Part shown: piece after piece, positions 1-12,051 of the stretch
Layout of the letters: the number at the start of each line of letters is the position of its first letter
Numbering within the stretch: the first letter of the stretch is position 1
Assembly: GCA_964035545.1 (NCBI GenBank)
Contig: OZ037766.1
Coordinates: 8,360,722 to 8,424,721 of the forward strand
Length of the DNA: 64,000 bases
From: Bugula neritina
Taxonomy: Eukaryota > Animalia > Bryozoa
Direction: 5' to 3'
Program-made: the position numbers and the translations under genes
Notes under the pieces: model-generated
What the model saw: the letters and a program-made list of their open reading frames with translations, nothing else
Database searches by the model: none
What the model was told of the DNA's origin: nothing

Positions 1-1681
1 AACATTGTTCTTTGAACTTACTATGTATACCAGTTACTTGATTAGAATTCACTTGTTAATTATTATTTCAATATACTAATAGGTTAAAGGCTAGATTCAT
101 GTAGGTCTAAATTAAAACAGCAGTTTGTGATCAACCAAGCAACAAAAAACGGTAGAACAATTTCTAATGATAACTGCTTGTCACAATGCAACATAGTTAC
201 TGATATAAGCTATAACAATAATTATTATGTTCTATGATTAAAGAAATAAAATTTAAGTAGTTAATTATAAGCCTTGTAATAAAATTGTGCAAACTTGCAT
301 GTTATTTGCCTAAAGCAGTTTGTTATAATATAGTTAAATGTAACTGCATACCAAATTTCACAAATGCTTATTTCGATTTGGTATTTGACTTTTGGGATAA
401 TAATATGTAGCAATTCATCTACCCTAGACAAATACATGAAGATAAGCATTATAAAACAAAACAAAGTTTGTGGAAACCAATGCATAGCTGCTAAAAGATA
501 GTCTTTAAAAATCTTTGAAAAAAAGTTTTTATGTCATGACGTAATATATGCACACAACAATTGCTGGTTGTACTTTTATGCACTCTAGGTTCTTTGCATA
601 CATCATCTTTGTGTATAAATACAATAACTGCATGCATTTAATTACTTATTTATTAGCCATTATGAAACATTCATCATATATATAGCAATGGATATTATAT
701 ACACATTTAATATTTCATATTCACTACATTTAGTATAAATGACAGGAAAAATAAGTTGAAAGAAATACTTGACTGGGGAGAGACCAAGTAAATGGATCAA
801 TAGCTTCATATAGCATCACTAGTAGTTGGTGTGTATGACACATAAAGCAGCTTTTCAACTAGTCTCAGTATAACTTCATATATGCATGTAATATTGATTT
901 CTTCATGCTACAGAAGTATATACTACAATATTAGTAGTTGTGTGTATCTAGAGTTACTGCATTGAACATCCTAGTAATCATTTTGTTTAGCTAAAGTTGT
1001 TGTTGGGTGAGCATATACTTACTGCATTTTATTCTAATACTTAGCAGAGGTAAGTCTTATGCCCATCATTGTAAAATTTGTATTAGTTGACTAATAAAAT
1101 TACCCTAAAACTATAGTAACTGGGCAACTTAGTGTCAACATGAATAACAAATCACTTTAAATTTGCAAGTTGAAGTTTATCTACTTCAGATTCTTCTGCA
1201 ACAAGATTTTCTGGTATAGTGCACAGGTGTGGAAGGTATACAAAAGCTACCACACCTGCTGATAGATACAAAGAGAATTCCTAAGGGAATGTGATTGGTC
1301 CTCATTAGTACACTTTATTTTTTATATGCACCTTGAGCACTTTCGTAAAATGTCAACTAACATACCTTTTGGCTAGTATGGGATTGACAATGTGCCATTT
1401 GCTAACATGTTTTCTAACAAAGCAGACGTGTTTTGACATAAGCAGTGAAACATGATGATTTCAGTGATGCCGTGTGTGAGAAAAATAGGTTTTAAATATT
1501 ATGTTGTCTGTTGCAGATATGTAAGTATATGAAATTAAATATCCATTGATAATTTGCATAAGCGCTATCTCATGCTACTCTTCACAGTTCATATAGAAAC
1601 AAATGCTGTTTATAAATTAGCTTTATGCATTGAAAGTTTAATGTCTACTGTTTCTCTTCCAGGTCAGTAACAGTAAACAAA

Positions 1682-4600
1682 ATGGCTTCTTTTATAGCCA
1701 AACAACTTGTTGGAAAACAGCTAAATGCTGTAAAAGGTTGGTGTAAACATAATATTGTCATATATTTAGTTTACTAAGACATAATTGATTTAAAAGTTGA
1801 ATATACTACTTAAATGGATTGCCAAGTGTATATATTATTACAGCAATACAACAGAGCTTACTTACAGAATATATTAAATTATAACGGCTTACTACAAACT
1901 TTTGCTCAATTTTTGTAAACAGCATTTGTTCACAAACTCAGCTCCTTTCTGTCATACAACTGGCTGTTTTCCCATACTATTTCTCAAATTTTTGAAGAAG
2001 TTTGAGCTGTTAGACCCAATGGGCTATGTTTTGAAATAGTATGTAATATATAATAATGTTAAAGCAATATGGAAGAGGTCTAAAGTAAAGATAATTATTC
2101 CATGTAAAACATTATGCAATGGGGAGTTCTTAGTTTATCGAAAGCAATACTGCTACCCAGTTATTTTTTTTTATTAAAAACATGTTTTTATAACTAACTT
2201 GAAGTGTGTAAAGTATATATATACTTGGTAAAAAATAATAGTTTCAACTTATAAAAATACAGATAGCTCTCATTGTTTGAAATAAAATTAGATTGTATAC
2301 CTGTTTGTTATAAATCAATTCATTCCTATTTGTCTATGCAAATAAATTTAGTGTATGATTCACTAAATATATTCGTATTTATCAATTCACATAAGGTATC
2401 ATATTAGTGTAGGCAAGTACCAGGGAAGTTGTAAAAACAAAATATTGATTTACCATCAAGAGTAATGCAATTGACTACAAATTATCCTTTACGAAAATCA
2501 ATAGTTTAACAGCGGATCATTATGTGATTTTACAGCATTTGAAACTCGCTAAAGTTTTGATGCAACTGCTATTTACTGCATATTCTATCAACATATATAA
2601 AATTTTTAACAGCTTTCAATTCACCAATGCTGGTTTTTACCATTTGCCAAAATAATTTTTCTAAACAGCCATTGCACTCCTGCTTTATGATGCTAAATAT
2701 AAATTAAAGAACAAAGATGTAAATAACTTGAGTATGAATAATGTGTGAAAGTTTTAATTAAGCTTTATTTAATGCTGTCGATTGCCTTCACAAGATTTTT
2801 ATTTGCTTTATATAGGTACTTATTTTAGCATCTGACCAATTCTTTTGATTTTATTATTTCATTCCTGACTTACATAAATAGCATATAGACTCTAACACTA
2901 ACAAATCATCTCACTATAACATTCCCAATAAACATAAGCATTATTATAAACCATAGCAAGATATTTTGCTTTCAAACATGCTCAATGTTAGTAGACTTGC
3001 ATTGCCCCACCATATACCAGGTCTAATTTTGCCATTTTTTCAAAACTTTTCAAGCAATAATTTGGAACTAGTTGATGTTCTTAAATTGATTGCTTTGAAA
3101 TTATAGGAAAAAAAAACTTTCTCATATAACAGAAGAACCTTCTCTCTATAATTTGGAAATATTCAGTTGAAAAAATAATAATAAAAAAAAATGTTGTTTT
3201 AGTTCTCTATCCTGTGCAGCATTAAAATGCAAGCTTGTGTTCCCAATCATTGGATAATATCTGTTTTGATATTTTTTGAATAATTTTAGGGGCTGTTGGG
3301 GGAGGAGGAGATGATAAAAAAGATGAAGACGAGAAGAAGACGGAAGATGGAGAAGATCTGGAAGTATTAGAAGCGCGAAGAGAAGAAGAGGAAAGAAGGC
3401 GAGAGAGACACAGGAAGGCAGAGGAAGAGCGGGAGGAAGTTAGAGCTCAAATCCGTAAAAAGGTCAATAAAACAGCTTGTAGTTTACCGATATAACAGCA
3501 TATGAAACCAGCATATTAGATTACAAAAGTTGTATAATTAAAAAGCAAATTTACTAAGTTATGGTAAACTTTTTGACAAGTTGTATAGGCATTGAGCTGA
3601 CGAAACATGTGAACACAATTTTTATTTCGCTTTTTTAGTAGTCTTAGCTTCTTAACCCTTCTGGTTCTTGGTATGAAACTTTTATAGAATATAGTAGCAA
3701 ACAACAATGAGTAAACAATTAAAAGGTTTTAGATTTAGCAACATGAGATATTAAAAATACGTATAATTATATTGAAAGTACAAAATTAATAAGCAACAAT
3801 ATCCTGCCGTTTTCTTTATCATATGTACAATTATCTACAGGTAAAAACCTAAGCAGTTAAGTTTAAATCTCAACCCAATCAATATGAAGCAGGCATGTGC
3901 TGAGCCTTCAACAATATCAGTAATTATTGATGAAATTCAGTTAATGATAGCAATGTTTAGATGAGCATTACCTGAGCAACGTTGTAAACTCTCTATTAGC
4001 AATCGATCAGCACGTTATGTCATTACAGTATAACATAAAGAAAAAAGAAACATTTTCAGCAATGGAAGATCCAAACAGGGCTGGTCAAATAGGAAGAAAA
4101 AGAAAAACACCAGAAGAATTGGCTGCAGAAGCTCGCGGAGAGTCTACAGAGGACGATGGTTAGTAAGAGCAGAGCGTAGTTGAATGAAATGAATTTAGTT
4201 AATTATCCTATAATCTAAATCTGACAGAGAATTTGCTAGTGTTGAACTAAATTTCTTTGCATCTTTTTTATTGAAAACCTGTCTATATTTAGTTATTTTT
4301 TGCAAAATAATTGTAAAAATTTGCATTATTGGTGTACATTATTTAAATGTAGTAAAATGTTTCCTTTTCCAGGTGGTCAAGGTATACTGTGTATTTCAAT
4401 TCTAGAAACAACCTATATTTTACATTTTAGTTATCTTATATTTTTGTTGGGTGGTTTTTCCTAAATTAAGATATGAATTAGTTGTGTACTCTTATAGGGT
4501 GTTACTGCTATTCAACCATGCATGGCAGTTATAGACCATCTTATTAAAGCGTTGGGTTTATGTAGATGTCTTATATATAAGCACATTTGAACCAATAGAA

Positions 4601-5220
4601 AGGAATGCAGATTAAGATTTAAAACAGCTAAAAGTAATGAATTCTATTGTATAGAAATTATGGTTTGAAAATTTTATATTATAGACATCAAACAATGGAA
4701 ATAAATGGAAATATGGTCTAGCTGCAGTAATGGTGATTTCTTCTTAACACTTTCCCATGTTGATCATATTTTATGTTTCTTCCCTTTCTTCTACTTTTAG
4801 TGATGAAGTTCATTCTTCCAATAGCTAGTTTATTGTTTTACTACACAAGATGTACATGTATATTGTAGGGTGGTAGGAATCAAATGAACTTGTTTGTTTT
4901 AGAGTTGCTTACAAAGCTATAGATTTATCTTCTCAATAAATGAATCTACAAATTAATACCTAGAATGCAGTTACTATGAAAGTTCATACAAAAAATACAT
5001 ACAACATGGCTATTAATTACAACTAGTTTTTCAGCACACTATTCAGTGTATCGCACTCTTTGATGTTCAATGCCCTCTGTGCTAGCACACCATACATTCC
5101 CTTACACTGCTTATTGCAGGTGGATTTCTCCCAGGCAACATGTCAGAAATGCAGGCTAAACTAACTGAAGGACCTGGCCAGTTGTTATCTAGTGCTCAAG
5201 AGAAATGTTTAGTCATGTGA
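1682..5220 (+). CDS. cplx: Complexin (synaphin), 4 coding exons: 1682-1736, 3290-3462, 4029-4158, 5120-5220
   Basis: Spliced translation MASFIAKQLVGKQLNAVKGAVGGGGDDKKDEDEKK...LEARREEEERRRERHRKAEEEREEVRAQIRKKYNIKKKE...GRKRKTPEELAAE...SSAQEKCLVM*. It has a complexin N-terminus, the charged central SNARE-binding helix (EREEVRAQIRKKYNI) and a C-terminal CAAX. All introns are GT-AG and phase-consistent. Not in the ORF track because the exons are short. Confidence 0.93.
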
Positions 5221-6512
5221 CCAGTGACTGCAGACTGAATACCTCTTGAGTTACACATTATAATAGGGAGGTTTTTAAAAATAGCAAGTATTGCCAATAG
5301 ACCACCTGCTAGATTTTCATGTATAATATAAACTTCCATAATATTATAGTATTGAGTATTGTATATTATTTTGAAGTTTAAATATTAGAGTCTGGCTGTT
5401 AACTTGTTATACTGGAAGAAAAAGATACTAATTATATTCTCGATTAATTACTAAAACTTTTTGAAATTTTATGGCTGGCTGAAAGAGTTGAAATTTGTTA
5501 CAGGAAAGCTGCAGACCTAGCAGATATGCTTTCTTATTGTTTTCATATTTTAGAAATATAAAGGACAGGTAATTTTTATCTAAAAATAACTTCATAATAC
5601 TTGTATTTTTGTTGAAGTTTTATTTTTAATTTTGTTTTTTTATAGTTACTATAAAAATATTTCATAGTTAATGTCAAGAAAATCCTAAAGCAGTTGATAA
5701 AATATAAACCAGGAATCTTAAAAAAATATAAAACATGATTTCAACTGAAGTCAGTTATAGGCAAGATTCTTGTTTCATTCTTCAACAATATATTTCTAAG
5801 TATTCAGAATGGCCTCGTGGTAGAATGTATTCCAAATGTAACATTAAACTTGAAATGTTTTCAACTTGAATTTATCAAAAAGCTAGATGAGTATTATATA
5901 AGTATCAAATAAAATATCACATACACATATCCATTACATAAAATAAAAAGAGGCGGTTCAAGTAAATTAAAAGTGTGCCTTGGCCCAGAAAGTATCAGTT
6001 AGCAAAAATTTAATGCTCCATTACTGCAAAAATTATATAATTTGGGACGAAAATATCTGTTGAAAAATTAATAATTAAAGAGAGCATAGCAGGCAGTGAC
6101 GTTTAACTAAAGAGCAAGAGTGGGGTCAAACAAGGTGATACTTGGGCTTTACATTTCATATAATAGTTGTGAAGAAATGTTCAATGTTGTATGAATTTAA
6201 ATAGGCAGTAGTAACACAAATATATTTTTATGGGTCAACGAATGAAAAAGTACACCGTTAAGTATACTGTTAATGTTGCCTATTGTATTGAAGCATTAGT
6301 TTCAAATATCATATTTCATTTTTCCTCATTAAAAATAATAATAGAGCTAATTTATTCAAAAGATAACAAAATTTTAAAAATGAATCTCTAGATGTTTAGA
6401 TGACATTTGGTGTTCGTAAATTGAAAAAATAAAGTCTATCAAAAATGTATACCACATGCAGGCTAAAAATATACAGGTATGCTGCTCGTTTGACTATATC
6501 AAAGCAATACAT

Positions 6513-9078
6513 TCAACGTTTTTGAAATTTCATGTCAAGCAATGCCTCATCGGGATCATGCTGTACAATAGGGTGTTCAACTAAAGTCTTTCCGTCCCAG
6601 CAACTTTTACTACAGGAATATATAATTACAGTTCCTACATCCAGATGAGTAGCTTGATTATTCATAGCAAGAGACTGCATAAGGGAGGGCATGAGTTGTA
6701 CTTCAAACACCCTTTGACTTCCACAGTTTTGACAGGCAGAGATATTTGAGGTGTTTATTGATGTCATGGGTAAAGGATTTCCACCGTAGTCATATCTATG
6801 GGTAATAGAGATCACAAAATGTCAGTCCTTGAAACTATAATCTGTCATCATGACAATGATATATACATATTATTATTAAATTATAATATAGCACTTTTTC
6901 TATAAGCAGATAAAGCAGTATATAGCAACTTACAATACTAGCATTATATTGCTGTTTATATTGCAAGCTCACACTTGTTAAAAGTTTTTCATCCCTTAAA
7001 ATTCTAATGTTGATAAATAATGGCCAATATTTAAAGTTGAGCTAACATGCCTGCCTAAAATATAAATCCTACTTGTGCTGGTTACATGATGAGCATTTTA
7101 ACCTTGATTAACATACCTTATAATTTGAGAGGGGTTTTTGCTAAGAGCTTTCATAAACTTATAAAACACAGTATCTCCATGGGCTACATGGGTTTTTTCA
7201 TAATGTTCACCATTTGTAGCTGATTTAGTAGCAGCACCTCCTTTTCTGCAAGTAAATAATTAATATTATACAACTATTACACATATATGCAAAATTATGA
7301 TTTGCAAAAAATATCATACTTCAATTATAGAGGAAGGCATTGCTAGTTATTATAGATTAGGATTTACATCAAAAGTTATTTGGCATTCTGATACACGGAA
7401 CAAATAATGCATATTCTTGAACAACTGAATAAGCAACACAGACTGAAAACAGAATTGGGCCATAGAGAATATTTAATACTAAAAACCTGTTGGTTAAACT
7501 TGCATCTTCTAGATTGTAATCATCTAAAAGTTGTCTATCTTGTTTAGAAAGTTTGGGTTGCGAAATAACTTCTTCAGAAACAGAGACATAATAAGAGTCA
7601 AAGCCGACACTATCAGTTGAAGAGCCCAGAGACAGTCCATTAACAGCATGTTCCAAATCATACACGCTAGTCTCGCCAACACGTGACGCTTCAGATGCCT
7701 TCCATGTATCAAGTGGGGGAGTACTGTGCGGGGAGTTATCATCCCAACTACATTCAGAATTCTCCTGTGAATCTCCCCAGTCGTCAGCGTCTCCCACACC
7801 CCATTCTATGTCAAATGCTGCCGATTTGGTTGGGTGTTCAAGTTTATCTGAAGCTGTGACATTGGACACCGGCTGCTGTATCCGTAAAACTTGCCAACTA
7901 GATAAAATTATGAACAAATTGTGTAATAAAATTAACAACAAAATTAGCATTTAGTAAAGCATTGGCTTTTAAAATTTTTACCATTATGAAAACCGAATAT
8001 AAAAATAAAAGATCACATTCATTTAAAATTTTAAATCATTGTAAAATTTATCACAGAATGAGAGCTTCACAACGAAATAAAAGAGCTGCTTACTTCACAA
8101 CTAACTGACCATAACGTAGCCGACGGCATTTCTATGAGTGTCTTGCTTAAACACGTTCAGCAGCAAGTTATTACTTTGATAAAAAATACAATGTCAGGTA
8201 AAATTAGAAAGCAAGCCATTTCGTTGGAGGATAATTGAAAAGATAAAAAGTTCTAAAATCCAAGAGATTTAAAAACAGTGTGAAGGTTGTGGCTAAAATC
8301 ACTATTCAGCAACAAAACAAGTCTTCATAATCATAACAATGCTAGTTGCATATTGCAATTTTGTAGTAGAGATTATATAAACATGAATGGAGTAATAGAT
8401 AAAAACTAGAGCCAGTTTTAAAGATAGCTACAAAATGTTTGATGTGGTGTGAAACCCCGAAGGAATAAATATACTTGAATTGAAGTACTAATTCATTTTG
8501 TGCAACATTGCACTAGGATCATCCTGGTATTTATGTAGTTTTGTCACAAATAATTAGGAGGGGATATCTAAAAGCCAATATAAGATGTCAATTTTCAATG
8601 CATTCTTTTGCAAAAAAATCACCTTTTATAAATTAATATATTCAAGTATTACAAACATTCAGGAAAATGGCTAAAATAGCTATGATGGCATATAAAATGT
8701 GTTTATATTAATCCTATAAATTTCTGAGTACTTTTCTTACCCTAGGTTAGTTTTGTAGCAAGATAAGTTGGAACAGGAAAATACATATAAAGTTCTATGA
8801 TACTCATCATCAACTGGACAATACAGCTGACACACCAGGGTGCAGTCTCGCACTGTGCAGCAGCGACACTTTAAAGAAACTGCTTTGCCATTATATATTA
8901 TCTAAAATGAAAGAAAAATGTTTAGAAATATATTTAAAAAACAGAATTCACACAAAAAATAGACCAAAACAGGTTTCAATGGACTCACCGGTTTGCCTCC
9001 TATCTTGCTTGTATAAGAATCAATTGCTTCGGTGTCAGAAATTTTGCCATCGAGAAACCCAATAAGCAATGAAGACAT
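6513..9078 (-). CDS. PDCD2L: Programmed cell death protein 2-like (PDCD2L/Trus/TSR4 family), 5 coding exons approx. 9078-8989, 8901-8741, ~7898-7487, ~7246-7118, ~6795-6513
   Basis: MSSLLIGFLDG...SKIGGKP / ...CTLVCQLYCPVDDEYHRTLYVFSC... / WQVLR...DADDWGD / YEKTHVAHGDTVFYKFMKALSKNPSQIIRYDYGGNPL...CQNCGSQRVFEVQLMPSL...GTVIIYSCSKSCW. This is the PDCD2_C domain with no MYND finger, which fits PDCD2L rather than PDCD2. Confidence 0.9.
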
Positions 9079-9529
9079 TGTATCAGTTATCTGAAAGAGT
9101 TTGAGATGAGTTAGTCAATAAAATATATAAAAATGCAGCAGCAATAATTAGTAGTCTTGCAAATATTGAGCCAGTCAGCAAGCGAATAAAAGGCAAACTG
9201 ACATTCCAAATAAATTCAAGACATGTGTGCACAATATTTATTATAAAACTAATTGGCTGATTGGATGGTAGCCAAGATATCTTTATCTGTGAATATCTTG
9301 ATAGTATTCATGCTGCATAATGATAAATGTCAGTCGTCAAATATTTCTCAAACTTAGTTATTAAAAGCACGCATAGTTATCAATTTTTGTCTGTCATGTA
9401 AAAATCTGGCCTCTACAATGAATGAACTATAATTACTAATATTAATTACAGTGTTATGATTGAGTTTATATTATTAGTACATTCAATAGATATCGTGATG
9501 GTAGACGGTATATAGTAAAACTAGTTGTT

Positions 9530-10100
9530 GTTGTTAAACTATAACTATAAGTAAGAATAAAAGTTACATTCAATCCTTATCTTAGAGTTAATCAGTTAAT
9601 GTTATACTTAATCTTATACAGTATTACTATTAGTATAACTTGTACTGATAGTAACACTAACGCTAATAGTAATACTAATAGTTATACTTATGTCTTATAC
9701 TAATACTTGTACTTATGGTAATCATTATTAATATGATTATCAGACATTTATTTTTAATTTTATAAAGTCAAACTCAAATAGAAATGCAAGTGTTACTATT
9801 ACTATTAGTATAAGTATAACTACAAATATAAAAATAAGTATTAGTCTCAGTATATAGACAATAGACACAATCATAATTACTGTTACTCATTAGTCATTAG
9901 TGATAATATTAATAAATATAATTCCAATTCATTATTGGATTTGAAATGTATTATGTAAATAATAAATTACAATTACATATTCATATTGATATTGAATTTG
10001 ATATGGAAAAAGACTGGCAAAATTTGTATATCTAACAGTAACACTAATGCTGTGACAAAAAGGATTTCTATCACTATAAGTATAAGTATAACTATTAAAC
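9530..10100. repeat. Degenerate 6-bp-periodic array in the PDCD2L first intron
   Basis: Runs such as aatagt aatact aatagt tatact tatgtc and attact atact attagt ataagt ataact; ACT/AGT recur every 6 bp. Confidence 0.6.
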
Positions 10101-10422
10101 TTAATGGTCTACATAGCCTGGGAAATGGGAGGGGATACAAGCTGAAGCAACTGTTATGAGCATATTATTAATATTATTATAAACATAAATAATATCTACT
10201 TCAAGTTCGACACGCTCCCCAGAAACGGATATTTTGTATAAAAGAACTTATTCGACTCGGTGGTAGAAAAAATTCAATCAATGGGTATTGAACTGGAAAA
10301 GTTGTGAGCTCAGTGGTATTAATATTATTTTATTTGATATTATTTGAATAGTGACAAAATATGTGATACAACCATTCATTAACAAATTCAATGATAATAA
10401 TTAATTATTATTCTTTTATTAC

Positions 10423-10686
10423 CTGATATAAATGATGCTTTATTAAATAAGTAGACGGCAAAAATGTCGTCATTCAAACTATCAAAGGCGAAAACTAACC
10501 AAAGACGTACGTAGCTTGATAAAAAAGACAACGCGCGAAAACCGAAGCTTGCATAATAACTGGAGGAACGAAGTCACGTTTATTTACATGGCTGAGTTAG
10601 AGTAGGCCAGCCCAATCCAGCAAATCACCTTTTGTTCGCCTGTTACTGCAGACTCTCACTCTACAAGGCCTTTACACCAGCTCCAG
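10423..10686. promoter_or_regulatory. Bidirectional promoter and first non-coding exons of PDCD2L (-) and WDR76 (+)
   Basis: Locally GC/CpG-enriched island bounded by outward-facing splice donors (minus CAG|GTAATA near 10422; plus CAG|GTAAAT at 10687). The ATG-bearing exons of both genes are preceded by acceptors, so upstream non-coding exons are required. Confidence 0.6.
10533..10540 (-). promoter_or_regulatory. E2F consensus site TTTCGCGC
   Basis: GCGCGAAA on plus is TTTCGCGC on minus. It is an exact canonical E2F motif in a CpG-poor genome, at the centre of the inferred promoter. Confidence 0.5.
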
Positions 10687-10769
10687 GTAAATTATAAATT
10701 ATTCTAGCCAATAATTTCAATAATGAATGAATCATATTTTGAAAATAATTGATAAATCATTAAAAGTAA

Positions 10770-11030
10770 ATTATAAGGCCTAGGCCTAAGGGCTAAGCCT
10801 AAGCCTAAGGGTAAGACCAAGTCTAATCACCAAGTCTAACACTAATCCTGTCTAATGAGTAATGACTATTGACTATCACTATGAGTAATCGCTAATCTGG
10901 ATCAGCATCAGTAAAACTGATTCAACAAATGCAATGGAGTAACTGTAAGTTACTAAAACTGATTATTATAATGATAATCATGATGATGATGAATGAAAAT
11001 GATTATCATAATCAGATAATCATTATAATT
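10770..11030. repeat. Degenerate, drifting 6-bp-periodic array in the WDR76 first intron
   Basis: ggccta ggccta agggct aagcct aagcct aagggt aagacc aagtct aatcac...aatgagt aatgact attgact atcact atgagt. Confidence 0.6.
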
Positions 11031-12051
11031 GTAACTGGCTCCGTATGAGTACACCAGGATTTTCAAACGCAGAAGTTTATTGTAGGCTATACTTGCTGTT
11101 GAACTTGCTGGTAAAAACTAAATAAAACAAAACAAGAGTTATATAAATGATTGCATGCATAAATGTAGTTGAAAATATCAAAGTAATGCTCACAAAAACC
11201 ATGTACAAAAAAGCCATAAAAGTATTTATTACATAATGATAATTCAGATAATAATATGAATAAAAGTAACCAACCTCTTGGGTCTTTCATACATAGCGCC
11301 AGTAAATAATATTGTAAAAACAGTAGATTAAAATAGTAACAGTTTTGTTAGGAGTGGTGCTAACTGATTATAATAAGTTTGTCAAGAGTTTATATACTAT
11401 GATTGTTGTTACTGTACCAAGCATAAAGTATGTTGCATAAACAAAAAATTGGTCTTAAAATATCACAATGATTGTGTCCCAAAATATAGTAAACACTTAC
11501 TGGGTAGCCTCAGGGTACCAACCTAGCCCGGCAGAGGTAGGGCAAGAATGAGGGGCACCACAATGACTTGACCACAGATTTAATAGTCAGCACAAGGCAA
11601 ATGAGTAATGCCTAAACATAAATAAGAAGTTGATGAGGTCAATAGTTCTTTATAGTGGGTAACACACAACTAGTTATAATAATCCTAATTATTTTTACAC
11701 AAAATTAAATATTGTCAAGTAACGGTAGTTGCAAAAGTTTTACTGTAAAACTTAAACTATAGGTGAAAGCTCAAGGTTTTAGGTAGGTAGGTTAGGTAGT
11801 CTTCTATAAGTATAATTTGATTGTTAATTTTCAATTCAGTTTTGCAAGTTTTTATTTATTTGTTTTATTTTAGTTCTTTAAATTTTTATTAATATAGATG
11901 CTGCCTAGGTTAAGCATGACTATACATTTTTTATGTTTTATTAAATTATATTTTCTTCATTTGCAGACAACTATCTTGAGTAGTGGGAGTTATTCACGAT
12001 AGTGATACTTTCAAGTAATTCATTCAAAGGTGCTTGTTTTAACAAGAAGTT

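Noticed and set aside
5808-5835. GGCCTCGTGGTAGAATG resembling a tRNA 5' end/A-box
   Set aside because: No anticodon arm, T-loop (GTTCRA) or acceptor stem follows.
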